From IMG/VR virus record IMGVR_UViG_3300011361_000001, positions 186,001 to 222,670 of that record: a DNA stretch of 36,670 bases; one strand, 5' to 3'. Both the position numbers and the translations under genes were made by a program. The notes under the pieces were generated by a model, which ran no database searches, was not told the DNA's origin, and worked only from the letters and a program-made list of their open reading frames with translations. This DNA is from an uncultured virus (IMG/VR IMGVR_UViG_3300011361_000001). Lineage: Duplodnaviria; Heunggongvirae; Uroviricota; Caudoviricetes. This document shows positions 25,087 through 34,306 of the stretch, piece after piece. Position 1 is the stretch's first letter, and each line of letters begins with the position of its first letter.

Positions 25087-25674
25087 GTGAGACTACGACG
25101 ACTGATGATCAGCTTGGAGGAACTCGCAGAAGGCGAAGGTAAAGCCAAGCAAGAGATCGAGTACACGTTCTTTGCTCGGGTGGAGAACTTCGACTGGCTA
25201 AATGCTGAACTGTTAAAGGAGCAGCAAGAGCAGGCCGAGATCCACGTGGACAAGGGCGAGAAAGGCTTTGGCCAGATTCGGGTACGGGCGGTAAATGACC
25301 GGGACTACGAGCTGTGCTTGAAGTTCAAGACCCCAGGCGAGTTGGGTAAGAAGGAAGCCGAGACCAAAGTCAGCAAGGACATGTTCGAGCTGATGCTGCT
25401 GATGGCTCCTCACTCTCTGCGTAAGAAGCGTTACTGCTACCCGATCGAAGGCAGCAACTACCAGTTTGAGGTGGACGTCTTTGAGAACATCGACGGCGAG
25501 CCGTACGATTGGGTGAAGATCGACTTGGAGGTTAACATCGAGGATAAGGACATGGAGATTCCTCCACTGCCGATTCCAACGGTTGAAGCCATCATGGGTC
25601 AGTCTTCCCAGCGCACCCCTGAAGAGTACAAGAAGGTCGGTGAGCTGTTCGACACGTGGGCGATCAAACGCTAA
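25087..25674 (+). CDS. CYTH/triphosphate-tunnel metalloenzyme
   Basis: True start GTG 25087 (AGGTGA RBS); EIEY.F, IRVR, L.LK, EAE, KKRY, FEVDVF and IDLEV motifs. Confidence 0.8.
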   Translation: MRLRRLMISLEELAEGEGKAKQEIEYTFFARVENFDWLNAELLKEQQEQAEIHVDKGEKGFGQIRVRAVNDRDYELCLKFKTPGELGKKEAETKVSKDMFELMLLMAPHSLRKKRYCYPIEGSNYQFEVDVFENIDGEPYDWVKIDLEVNIEDKDMEIPPLPIPTVEAIMGQSSQRTPEEYKKVGELFDTWAIKR

Positions 25675-25768
25675 AAGCTACCCCGCCTTCGGGCGGGTGT
25701 ATGCCCGGCTGTAAATAAATCTTACTAAGACCTATCTGATAAGAGTGGTCTAAAGCAGGTAAATAGTC

Positions 25769-27940
25769 GTGAACAATTCTTTTCTGAAGCCCGCCAGTCA
25801 CTACAGCCGTGACCTGGATGTATTGGGTAATTACCGTAGCGACATGGCTCTGTATCTGTCTAAGCGCACTGGCAAGCCTCTGGCTGACTGTCAGGCGTGG
25901 GTCAATCAAGTCACCGCAGCCGGTGGTCGCTTGGAGATCAAAGACCCAGAAGTGTTACACTTGGCCCGTGGTAAGAACGGGGACCGTGAACAAAAGGTCT
26001 TGACCTACACCGAGTACCTGAACAACATCAAAGACCGTAAGCTGCTGTTCTCCCCAGCGATGACGGTATACGAGAACCCCAACCGCCGAGAGTCCCTACT
26101 CTCGATCTACGTTACCGGTAACATTGAGGGCCGAGCCAAGGTTAAAGCCGAAGCTTTCGATGCCCAGATGGCGGGTAACCACGTTGTGGCGGACATTAAG
26201 GAGAACGAGCAGTCCACGTACAAGATTGCCAACAACTCGATCTCAGGCGGTCAAGCCTCAGCCTCAACGATCTTCTACAACAAGTCAGCTCACTCAAGCC
26301 TGACGTCCACCTGCCGGGTTGCGACCAGCTACGGTAACTCGAACAACGAGAAGTTCTTGGCTGGTAACCGTCACTACTGGGCACCTGATGTAGTTTTGGC
26401 AAACATCACCTCGATTATCGGTCACGTGAACTACGACCTGATTGGTAAGGCGGTCTCCACCTACAACCTGCACATCCCAACCGTGGATGAGGTGATGGAA
26501 GTCATCCTGTACAGTACGGTGCACTACTGGCGTAACCGTAAGCAGGAAACCGAGATCCGTAAACTGGTGGAAGGTCTCGAGCCGTTAGAGCGCGCAGCCT
26601 TTGTGTATGTCGGGGATATGTGGCACTTGGGTAAATACAACAAGGAGTTCGTTCACACCTTCTTGCAGGTGATGTCGAGTAAGACCTCAGGTCAGACCTT
26701 GCCGTATGACGATGCTAAAGTCTGGGTTAAGGGGATGGACAACGACCTTAAGGCCTACGTCAGCTTGATCTGTGCCAAAGAACTCGACGGACGTACCCTG
26801 AAGAAACTTCAAGGGATGGCTGAAGAAGGGGTCGAGGAAGCGGTTCACGGTATCCGGGTGATGGGTGAGTTTGCCAAGAAGACGGTTGAGACGCTTGAGC
26901 AGTTTGCCTTGCTGATCGAAGCCTTCTGGGTGACAGACAACGTACCGGCCTCGGTTGCCCGTATCCGTAATTCGGTGCGACACGTCGCGATCACCTCAGA
27001 CACAGACTCCACGATCTTTGCGGTGGAGAACTGGGTTGAGTGGTACATGGGTCACGTGGACTTCAGCGATGAAGCCTTCTCCATCAACTACACGATGGTG
27101 TACCTGGCTTCGCAGTCGATCATTCACGTTCTGGCTAAGCTCTCCACGATCTTGGGGGTTATCCCTGAGAAGCTTAACGTGTTGGCGATGAAGAACGAGT
27201 TTGCGTTCTCAGTCTTTGGTCTGACCTCGATGGCTAAGCACTACTTTGCCTACAAGGCCGCCCGTGAAGGGAACGTCTTCAAACACTTGGAGGAAGAGAT
27301 CAAAGGGGTGTACCTGAAAGACTCGAACTGCCCGCCTGAGATTATGGCGGTAGTGACCGAGACGATTAAGGAGGTCATGGACACGGTGATTGCGGACAAG
27401 CAGATCTCGATGATCGACCTGTACCGTAAGATCGCAGCCATTGAGATGGACATTATTGAATCGGTGATCAAAGGCAAGTCGCGTTACTTGGCCCGGTCTT
27501 CGGTGAAATCAGCCAACTCCTACACCAACCCCCAACAGTCCCCGTACCAGCACTACGTGTATTGGCAAGACATCTTTGCCCCCAACTACGGCGACGCCCC
27601 TGAAGCACCGTACCCGGCCATCAAGGTATCCTTGGACCTGCCGAACAAGACGGCCATTCAAGAGTGGATAGCCAGCATTGAGGACAAGGACATTGCAGCT
27701 AAGGTTGCTAAGTACTTTGCCAACAAACCTGGGATGACGACCCTGCTACTGCCTAAGGATAACGTGGAACGTCACGGACTGCCTAAGGAAGTGGTTCAGG
27801 CGATGAACATCCGCAAGCTCGTGTACTCAACTGTTCGGCCGTTCTATCTCATCCTTGAAGCGCTGGGCATTTTCTTGGTGAATGGCAACAACACCAAACT
27901 CGTCAGCGATTTCGTTCAAGAGTGGGAACCTGCGGCATAA
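25769..27940 (+). CDS. phiKZ-type split family-B DNA polymerase, polymerase-domain subunit
   Basis: YKIANNS (motif B), TSDTDS (motif C), MKNEF, AKHYFA and EIKGV; position near chmA. Confidence 0.85.
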   Translation: MNNSFLKPASHYSRDLDVLGNYRSDMALYLSKRTGKPLADCQAWVNQVTAAGGRLEIKDPEVLHLARGKNGDREQKVLTYTEYLNNIKDRKLLFSPAMTVYENPNRRESLLSIYVTGNIEGRAKVKAEAFDAQMAGNHVVADIKENEQSTYKIANNSISGGQASASTIFYNKSAHSSLTSTCRVATSYGNSNNEKFLAGNRHYWAPDVVLANITSIIGHVNYDLIGKAVSTYNLHIPTVDEVMEVILYSTVHYWRNRKQETEIRKLVEGLEPLERAAFVYVGDMWHLGKYNKEFVHTFLQVMSSKTSGQTLPYDDAKVWVKGMDNDLKAYVSLICAKELDGRTLKKLQGMAEEGVEEAVHGIRVMGEFAKKTVETLEQFALLIEAFWVTDNVPASVARIRNSVRHVAITSDTDSTIFAVENWVEWYMGHVDFSDEAFSINYTMVYLASQSIIHVLAKLSTILGVIPEKLNVLAMKNEFAFSVFGLTSMAKHYFAYKAAREGNVFKHLEEEIKGVYLKDSNCPPEIMAVVTETIKEVMDTVIADKQISMIDLYRKIAAIEMDIIESVIKGKSRYLARSSVKSANSYTNPQQSPYQHYVYWQDIFAPNYGDAPEAPYPAIKVSLDLPNKTAIQEWIASIEDKDIAAKVAKYFANKPGMTTLLLPKDNVERHGLPKEVVQAMNIRKLVYSTVRPFYLILEALGIFLVNGNNTKLVSDFVQEWEPAA

Positions 27941-27968
27941 AACGCTAGGGAGGCGCAAGCCTCCCTAG
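27933..27968. terminator. Bidirectional terminator with CGGCATAA
   Basis: CGGCATAA-AACG-CTAGGGAGGC-GCAA-GCCTCCCTAG between convergent genes. Confidence 0.8.
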
Positions 27969-27975
27969 TTACCCC

Positions 27976-29079
27976 TTATGACGTTAAGTCAATGAGTTCT
28001 TTAAAGCGTTGTTCCCAATAGGGTACAGCCTTCTTAGGTACCGAACCCCGTAGGACGTTGTCGTTATGAAAACGCACCAACTCTTGGCGGACCTTGATCA
28101 GTTGTGCCCGGTTTTTGCTGTTACCGGACTGGGTGTTCCAATCCACTAAGAACCGCATCAACGGCTCACGCGCTAACATCAACGCCCACTTCACTTGACG
28201 GGTGGCCAGCACACGAGGTAACGCCACACGCTCTAACGCACTGTAGGCACCCACCAGCTGAATGCTGTCCAGTAGTTGCTCCATGGTAAAGCGACGCGTA
28301 CGGTAGTCATGTACCATCTGGTCCACGGCTACTTGGAGTCGATCACTGTAGTCAGTCAACTGAAAGGGCTTACGCACCTGACTGGTTGAGCACGGTAGCT
28401 CGTAGTAGGTGTGAATGATTCGGTTCAAGATGGCCCAGTCCACTTGCGAGTACAACAGGTTGTTCAGTGGATAGGCTGAAATGAACTGCATGACGCTACG
28501 TTGGTTGTCCGGGTTAAAGGACCACTCACGCTGACGCCACTGCTGATACTGGAACGCAAGCATCGGTACGTTAACGCGTATCACCGCCAAACCTTGCTCT
28601 TCGTTGTTCTGCAGACCCCACGGCTGATCCATCCCCAAGTCAGTTTTGGGGTGGTAGAGAAACTCCAAGGGACGCAAGTCTTCCCAGTTAGCCTCACAGG
28701 CCCGCACGTCAAAGTAGGCAGAGTCAGCAATTAGGATCTCTTGAGAGCCTTCCCCATAGAAGACCCCAGGACTGAAGATCCTTCCTTTATTAAGCGGCGA
28801 GGTGATGTTCATGGTCATCCCCACCCCTTCGGTCCGTTCAGAGATCAGATCGACCATGCGTTGGGAGTTCATGGTCAGGGGAATGTTTAACGAGTGAATC
28901 AAGCGTACGAGGAAGTGATTGGGTTTCACAGCCCTGGGATAGATCCGGTTGTAGTGGATCACACGCTCAAGGTTACTACGCAACCCCTTTAAGGAGTAGC
29001 GATAATTGAGGTAGGTAGGAGCACCTCCACGGTCACCCCACTCCCCTTTACTAAACAGGGAATACATAGAAGCCCCCAA
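27976..29079 (-). CDS. Conserved phiKZ-like protein between DNA polymerase and chmA, possibly virion-associated; start probably at the second Met
   Basis: 367-aa ORF; opposite-strand position matches the phiKZ-like gene order as recalled. Confidence 0.65.
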   Translation of the reverse strand: MGASMYSLFSKGEWGDRGGAPTYLNYRYSLKGLRSNLERVIHYNRIYPRAVKPNHFLVRLIHSLNIPLTMNSQRMVDLISERTEGVGMTMNITSPLNKGRIFSPGVFYGEGSQEILIADSAYFDVRACEANWEDLRPLEFLYHPKTDLGMDQPWGLQNNEEQGLAVIRVNVPMLAFQYQQWRQREWSFNPDNQRSVMQFISAYPLNNLLYSQVDWAILNRIIHTYYELPCSTSQVRKPFQLTDYSDRLQVAVDQMVHDYRTRRFTMEQLLDSIQLVGAYSALERVALPRVLATRQVKWALMLAREPLMRFLVDWNTQSGNSKNRAQLIKVRQELVRFHNDNVLRGSVPKKAVPYWEQRFKELIDLTS

Positions 29080-29096
29080 AGAAACGATTTAAAAGA

Positions 29097-29124
29097 AATT
29101 GACCTACATACTATCCAACTGAAT
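29097..29124 (+). promoter_or_regulatory. phiKZ-type early promoter
   Basis: AATTGACCTA-CATACTAT-CCAACT-GAAT. Confidence 0.6.
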
Positions 29125-29158
29125 TGGTACCGCTAACCCTTCTTTATAAGGACTCTCC

Positions 29159-29461
29159 ATGTCATCTAAAGCGATGCAGGAATTTGAACAAGCACTAGCC
29201 CTCGCTGTTAAGCGCCATTCCAATCCAACTGGCCTTGTAAATAAAAACCCTAAAGGCCAAGGGTATGTGAAAGAACGGCAGTATGTAAGGCTTAAGGTTC
29301 GAGCCCTTAATGCAGGTGCACCCTTTGGACCTGTGTTGGACTTTGAGCACTACAGTCAAGAGTTCTCAGAACTTGGTGCCGAGTGTGATGCAAAGAAGGC
29401 AGCTCGCAAAGCTGGGTTTGTACATTGGGTCACAGCGGAGAACCACCGCGTGACATTATGA
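29159..29461 (+). CDS. Small basic hypothetical early protein
   Basis: AAGGA RBS; own promoter motif. Confidence 0.7.
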   Translation: MSSKAMQEFEQALALAVKRHSNPTGLVNKNPKGQGYVKERQYVRLKVRALNAGAPFGPVLDFEHYSQEFSELGAECDAKKAARKAGFVHWVTAENHRVTL

Positions 29462-29598
29462 CCCAATGGGGTGAGATGGCATTTCGATATTTAAATACTT
29501 TCTCACCTATGGTATAGACAAATACAACTTGGTGGAATTTCCGCCAAGGGACCTAGGACGCATGATCGCTATCAGCGGAATAGATCGTATTGAAAAAA

Positions 29599-29626
29599 GA
29601 ATCGGGTATATATTACCTACATGAAT
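29599..29626 (+). promoter_or_regulatory. Early promoter of chmA
   Basis: Exact TATATTAC at 29609-29616, then CTACAT-GAAT. Confidence 0.8.
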
Positions 29627-29681
29627 ACTCACCTTGTGTGGGTTGTTTGCGCAAACAAACGATAACGAAGGAAATAAACTC

Positions 29682-31694
29682 ATGAGCGTTAATAAAGACA
29701 GCGGTAAGTCGAACGGTTCCTTGGCTGATGCAATGCGCCAAGCCGGTCTGGCCAATGAGCAACAGCAGGCTGCCCCTGCTCTGCAACCTCAAGTACAAAC
29801 TCAACAAGCTCCCGACATGTCGGGTGGGAACCCAAGCATGAACACCAGCAATAACTCCGGCGCTCGTGTTGGCCAGCCGGGCCGTTCGATCATGAACGTC
29901 AACAGCCAGCACCGTGGCCTGGTGTCGCGCAACATGTCTGGCGAAACTGTCCAGAAGATCCACGACGGCCTGCTCGAGCGTGCCAAGCGTGTGATGGACC
30001 CCAAGACCCTGGACGCCTTCCGCTTCCTGGTACTGGATTCCAACCAGCTGCAAGTGAACTACTCCAGCATTCTCGTGTGCATGAAGGAAGTTCATGGCAA
30101 CCAGACTCACATCGGCGTCTACGACCTGCTGATCGAAGGTTCGGGCCGTCCGCTGCAGCCGAACATCGCCACCATCGATGGCCACACCATCGAGACGATC
30201 TTCGCACCGTCGGACATCTACAACCATGCTTCCCACTGGAACACCGTGAAGAAGTTCGTGGTCGACACCTTCGGCGTCAATGCTCAGGTTCATGATGCAG
30301 GTTGCACCGTGATCCCGACCGAGCTGGACAAAGAAATCCCGGTTGAGCGTTTCCAAGATTGGCTGCACAACTCCGTGCAAGCAGTCTGGGCAGTTCTCGA
30401 CACCAAGCTGGGCGCTGAAGCTCCTGCGTTCACCCTGGCCGAGTTCGGCGAGAAGGACATCCTGACCGCTCGTTCCGAGTACGGTTCGGTCCATGACACC
30501 AACATCGTTGGCCTGCCAGTTCGTGGCGACATCGAGCTGACCGTATCGGCGACCAACAACGCCGAGACTCAGGGTCTGGACATGCGTCCTCCGCGTGAAC
30601 TGACTCGCGTTACCGGTTACATCGATCTGATGTACAACCCGCAGCAACAGCAAGTGCAGCAGCAGTTCGGGATGTTCCCGATGCAGCAGCAGCCAATGAT
30701 GCAGGGTATCATGTACCAACCGCGTCTGGTACTGACCAACGTCGAGTCGCTGACTGACGTCGTCTCCATGGAGCTTCAGCTCCTGGCTCTGTCGACTGCC
30801 GTACAGCTCGGCCGCAATGGCGCTTGGTGGAATGCGTTCCGTCGTCCGCTGAAGACCTACAGCGAAGGTACCAATGCTCGTAAGGGCTTGAACCTGCGTG
30901 ACGTGGGTGCGATTGGTTACGAGATCAAGGACCCGGCTAACCCCGGCCAGCCTGGCAACAAGATCGACACCAGCGCTACCAACTTCGGCGACCAGCAGTT
31001 CGCCCAGATGATGAGCATGTTCTTCAACCAGCAGCTGCTGTACACGCTGGACATCGAAGAAGCAGGCGAACTCTCCTGGCTGCAGCAGGCTTTCATCGCT
31101 GCTGCGAACAAGAACGAAGACGCGCGTAAGAGCATCCTGCTGGCGGCTAACCGCCTGACGCTGGGTCGCTTCGAGAAGCACTTCCCGTTCGATGCGCCGG
31201 TCTGCTTCGACGACGCTGACCGTATCCACCTCGGGTACTACACCAACAGCGAAGGCCACCTGCGTGACCTGCGTGAGTTGGACTACCTCGCCATCCTGAA
31301 CCTGGCTGGCAAGGACGACCCGACTCTCGTAGAGAAGTGGGAGCGTACTCACCTGGATCGTTCGATCCCTCTGGCTGTGCGTCTGCATGAGCGTAAGACC
31401 ATCATCGACCGCCTGCTGTCGGGCTCCGTTGTGGTCAAGGGCTTCGCACGTCGCGTAACCTTCTCCGAGCAGTTCATCAAGGCTCTGAGCGATTCGATCG
31501 AAGAAGCCGGTCTGTCCGTACGTCCGGGCAACATGGTTGACACGTTCAATCAGGGTGCCACTCGTGGCGGTTACAACTTCCAGGGTCAGCTGGTTAACCC
31601 CGGCCTCGGCAACTGGATGTCCAGCGGCGCGATCCAGCCGAACTACGGTACCCGCTTCGGGAACCAGCAGTTCAACGGTGTGTGGGGTCGCTAA
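29682..31694 (+). CDS. chmA: Chimallin, the phage nuclear shell protein
   Basis: ~670 aa with very strong highly-expressed codon bias; GLPVRGD, GYIDL, IHLGYY, RDLRELDYLA and GFARRVTF motifs; directly upstream of nvRNAP beta-prime; start ATG 29682 after GAAGGA. Confidence 0.88.
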   Translation: MSVNKDSGKSNGSLADAMRQAGLANEQQQAAPALQPQVQTQQAPDMSGGNPSMNTSNNSGARVGQPGRSIMNVNSQHRGLVSRNMSGETVQKIHDGLLERAKRVMDPKTLDAFRFLVLDSNQLQVNYSSILVCMKEVHGNQTHIGVYDLLIEGSGRPLQPNIATIDGHTIETIFAPSDIYNHASHWNTVKKFVVDTFGVNAQVHDAGCTVIPTELDKEIPVERFQDWLHNSVQAVWAVLDTKLGAEAPAFTLAEFGEKDILTARSEYGSVHDTNIVGLPVRGDIELTVSATNNAETQGLDMRPPRELTRVTGYIDLMYNPQQQQVQQQFGMFPMQQQPMMQGIMYQPRLVLTNVESLTDVVSMELQLLALSTAVQLGRNGAWWNAFRRPLKTYSEGTNARKGLNLRDVGAIGYEIKDPANPGQPGNKIDTSATNFGDQQFAQMMSMFFNQQLLYTLDIEEAGELSWLQQAFIAAANKNEDARKSILLAANRLTLGRFEKHFPFDAPVCFDDADRIHLGYYTNSEGHLRDLRELDYLAILNLAGKDDPTLVEKWERTHLDRSIPLAVRLHERKTIIDRLLSGSVVVKGFARRVTFSEQFIKALSDSIEEAGLSVRPGNMVDTFNQGATRGGYNFQGQLVNPGLGNWMSSGAIQPNYGTRFGNQQFNGVWGR

Positions 31695-31711
31695 TCTAGC
31701 GGCCTAAGTGA

Positions 31712-31750
31712 AAGGGGGAGGCATTGCCTCCCCTTTTTATTTTTTATGTC
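31712..31750 (+). terminator. Intrinsic terminator of chmA
   Basis: AAAGGGGGAGGC-ATT-GCCTCCCCTTT plus a T-tract ending in TTATGTC. Confidence 0.85.
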
Positions 31751-31773
31751 AGCCACAATGGGAGTCTCGACAG

Positions 31774-33204
31774 ATGGGTGTCTGTGCAGAGATCGTTAAC
31801 CACGATCAGCTATTTGATTCACTGACCAGCGTACCGCTCATCATTAACGATTATCAAATCGACAGTAAAGAGGATCGAGACGCGCTGCACAACCTGGCTA
31901 TTACGAAGTACACCGGTGAATCGTTGGATATCGTACCTTCGTGCGATTGCGGTCACCTTAAGTACCAGTATAACGTCGGCGTGCGGTGTCCCCTCTGCAA
32001 CCACTTCTGCCTGCCTTCAACGGAACGTCCGTTGGATGCGCTGTTGTGGATTGCTGCCCCTCAGGGTGTGGATCGTTTGATCAACCCTTGGGTGTACGTG
32101 ATTCTTAAGTCAGAGATGACCGTTAAGAGCGTAAGTCTACTGGATTGGCTTATCAATCCTGGATATCGTCCCCCGAACAAAAAGATGGAGTTCTTTACCC
32201 AAGCCCTGATCACTCAAGGGTACAAGCGGGGATTGAATTCGTACTACCGTAACTTCGACAGCATCATGCAACTGATGTGCTCGGAGGAAGGGCCGTTGTA
32301 TGACAATAAGAAGAAGCGTAAGGTTGAGTACCTGCGTACCTTCATTGCCATCTACCGCGACCTGATCTTCAGCCACAAAGTACCGATCCCGTCGAAAGCT
32401 GCCTTCATCATCGAGAAAGCAGCCACTGGGTTGTATGGTGACCTCACCATGCGGCCAGCCATTGATGCGATCTACACCATCAGTGGTATCGTGCACAGCC
32501 AGACGAAGCTGAGCCAAGAGGAAATCGAGAAGCGTACCGTCACTGCGGTCATTATGCTGTCTGAGTACTACGCCCCGTTCATCGGTGCGCAGCTTGGCAG
32601 TAAGACCGGTTGGTGGCGTAAGCATGTGTTTGGATCACGTGACCACTTCAGCTTCCGAGCGGTGATTACTTCACGGTCCGAGCAACACCATCACGAAGAA
32701 CTCGAGCTGCCTTGGTCGTTGTCGATCATGGTGTTTAAAACCCACCTGACCGCTAAACTGTTGCACCGAGGGATGTCGCCCAAGCAGATCAACAAGCTGC
32801 TGTTCGAGCATACCCTGCGCTACCATCCTTTGATCGATGAGATCTTCAAGGAAATGATTGCTGAATCCCCTCGTAAGGGTATCCCAGTGATCTTCCAGCG
32901 TAACCCTACGCTGACCCGACTGTCGGCCCAACGCCTGTATGTCACCCGTATCAAGAGTGAAGACACACGCATCAACACCGTGAGTCTCTCGGTACTGGTA
33001 CTGCCCGGCATGAACGCAGACTACGACGGTGACGCCTTGAACGGTATCATCATTCTGGATCACCAGATGTTGGAGGCTCTGGATGAGTTGGCCCCGCGTA
33101 ACGGCGTCTACGACACCCGTAAACCCCGAAGCATTTCCAGCCACATTGCAATCCCTGCACCCGTGGTAACCACGATCTCAAACTACATACATCGAGGTCG
33201 GTAA
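31774..33204 (+). CDS. Non-virion RNA polymerase beta-prime N-terminal subunit (phiKZ gp55-like)
   Basis: C.CG...CP.C zinc ribbon; K.GWWRKHVFGSR..FS.RAVI; RNPTL; catalytic NADYDGD; start ATG 31774 after GGGAG. Confidence 0.92.
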   Translation: MGVCAEIVNHDQLFDSLTSVPLIINDYQIDSKEDRDALHNLAITKYTGESLDIVPSCDCGHLKYQYNVGVRCPLCNHFCLPSTERPLDALLWIAAPQGVDRLINPWVYVILKSEMTVKSVSLLDWLINPGYRPPNKKMEFFTQALITQGYKRGLNSYYRNFDSIMQLMCSEEGPLYDNKKKRKVEYLRTFIAIYRDLIFSHKVPIPSKAAFIIEKAATGLYGDLTMRPAIDAIYTISGIVHSQTKLSQEEIEKRTVTAVIMLSEYYAPFIGAQLGSKTGWWRKHVFGSRDHFSFRAVITSRSEQHHHEELELPWSLSIMVFKTHLTAKLLHRGMSPKQINKLLFEHTLRYHPLIDEIFKEMIAESPRKGIPVIFQRNPTLTRLSAQRLYVTRIKSEDTRINTVSLSVLVLPGMNADYDGDALNGIIILDHQMLEALDELAPRNGVYDTRKPRSISSHIAIPAPVVTTISNYIHRGR

Positions 33205-33251
33205 ATAAACTTGAGGGGGCTTTCAGTCCCCTCTCACTGAGGACACCTTGC

Positions 33252-33563
33252 ATGAACAAGGCACAAGAGCTGCTCCAGTTGGCGCAGTTAAACCAGCTTA
33301 ATACGCCTAAGCTCTATCTGTTGGTGGTTAAGTCCACTCCAGAGGAATTTAAGGCGATGCGTGAAGAACTGGCTAAACACCGGTACACCTTCTCGCTGGT
33401 CCCGGATGAACAACCAGAAACCAAGAAGGCTGCTAACGGCGCCTCTCTGAGCTCCGGTGCACCCACCTACTCACTGTACCTGACTAACCCACAGGGTCTT
33501 TACCTTGTGGCTAAGCGCGGAACGGAACAGTGGTATGCCGAGCGCGGTATCTCTGCGATCTAA
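33252..33563 (+). CDS. Hypothetical protein
   Basis: GAGGA RBS following a hairpin. Confidence 0.7.
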   Translation: MNKAQELLQLAQLNQLNTPKLYLLVVKSTPEEFKAMREELAKHRYTFSLVPDEQPETKKAANGASLSSGAPTYSLYLTNPQGLYLVAKRGTEQWYAERGISAI

Positions 33564-33603
33564 AATTACCATTAGCCACTACTTTATGTAGAAGGAGTAA
33601 CCC

Positions 33604-34227
33604 ATGGCCCAAATGGTAATTGGCGGTACCAATACGTTTGACCACATGTTGTACGGTGCACCTAACCCCGAGGTGCAGCAGTTCGTCAACACGTTGCAGC
33701 AACAGATCACTCCCATGCTTACTCAGGAAGGCTTAAGCTTTGTTCAGCAGACGCGGAACGAGTGGTCGCGCTTCTTTGGTGAGGATGCTGCTCGTCTCGC
33801 AAGAGCAGGGGCTCGTCGTGTTGCCAGTTTGTGGGACGATGACACCATCCACCAGTTGGTTGGTATCGCAGCCCTGCAACAAGCACCGGTGGTTATGCAA
33901 CCGTTCCTGATGGCCCAGCCGGAGATCCGCCAGGCGTATCTGGACCAGAAGATCGACGGTTACAGTGACACGTACGTAAACCATCATGGCAATGCGGTGG
34001 GTGAGGAACATTATCACTACCAGTGCGTCATGAGCGGTATTGTGGAAGACACTGAAGAAGGTGAGGAGTGGCGTGCGGTGACGTACTTCTTGGAACATGA
34101 GAATCCTGAGGACGAATTGAAGTTCGATCAGCAGGTAGACATCCTGTGTTCTTGGAATGAGTTGCTGGCACGGTTCCGTACTGGCCGGGATGACCCTACC
34201 AGTCGTTACAATTCCGCACTCTGGTAA
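33604..34227 (+). CDS. Conserved phiKZ-like hypothetical protein
   Basis: AAGGAG RBS; MA.P.IR..Y....DGYSDTY and DPTS motifs recalled from phiKZ-like core genes. Confidence 0.7.
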   Translation: MAQMVIGGTNTFDHMLYGAPNPEVQQFVNTLQQQITPMLTQEGLSFVQQTRNEWSRFFGEDAARLARAGARRVASLWDDDTIHQLVGIAALQQAPVVMQPFLMAQPEIRQAYLDQKIDGYSDTYVNHHGNAVGEEHYHYQCVMSGIVEDTEEGEEWRAVTYFLEHENPEDELKFDQQVDILCSWNELLARFRTGRDDPTSRYNSALW

Positions 34228-34306
34228 TAGGTGAGGGGGCTTTGTCCCCTCACCCGTTCCCTTTACTATGAAGCCTTATTTTTTGTCTATGTAAACTGAG
34301 GTAGGT

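Noticed and set aside
29613..31388. 591-aa minus-strand ORF
   Set aside because: It is the antisense shadow of the strongly codon-biased chmA gene, with no RBS or recognisable motifs.
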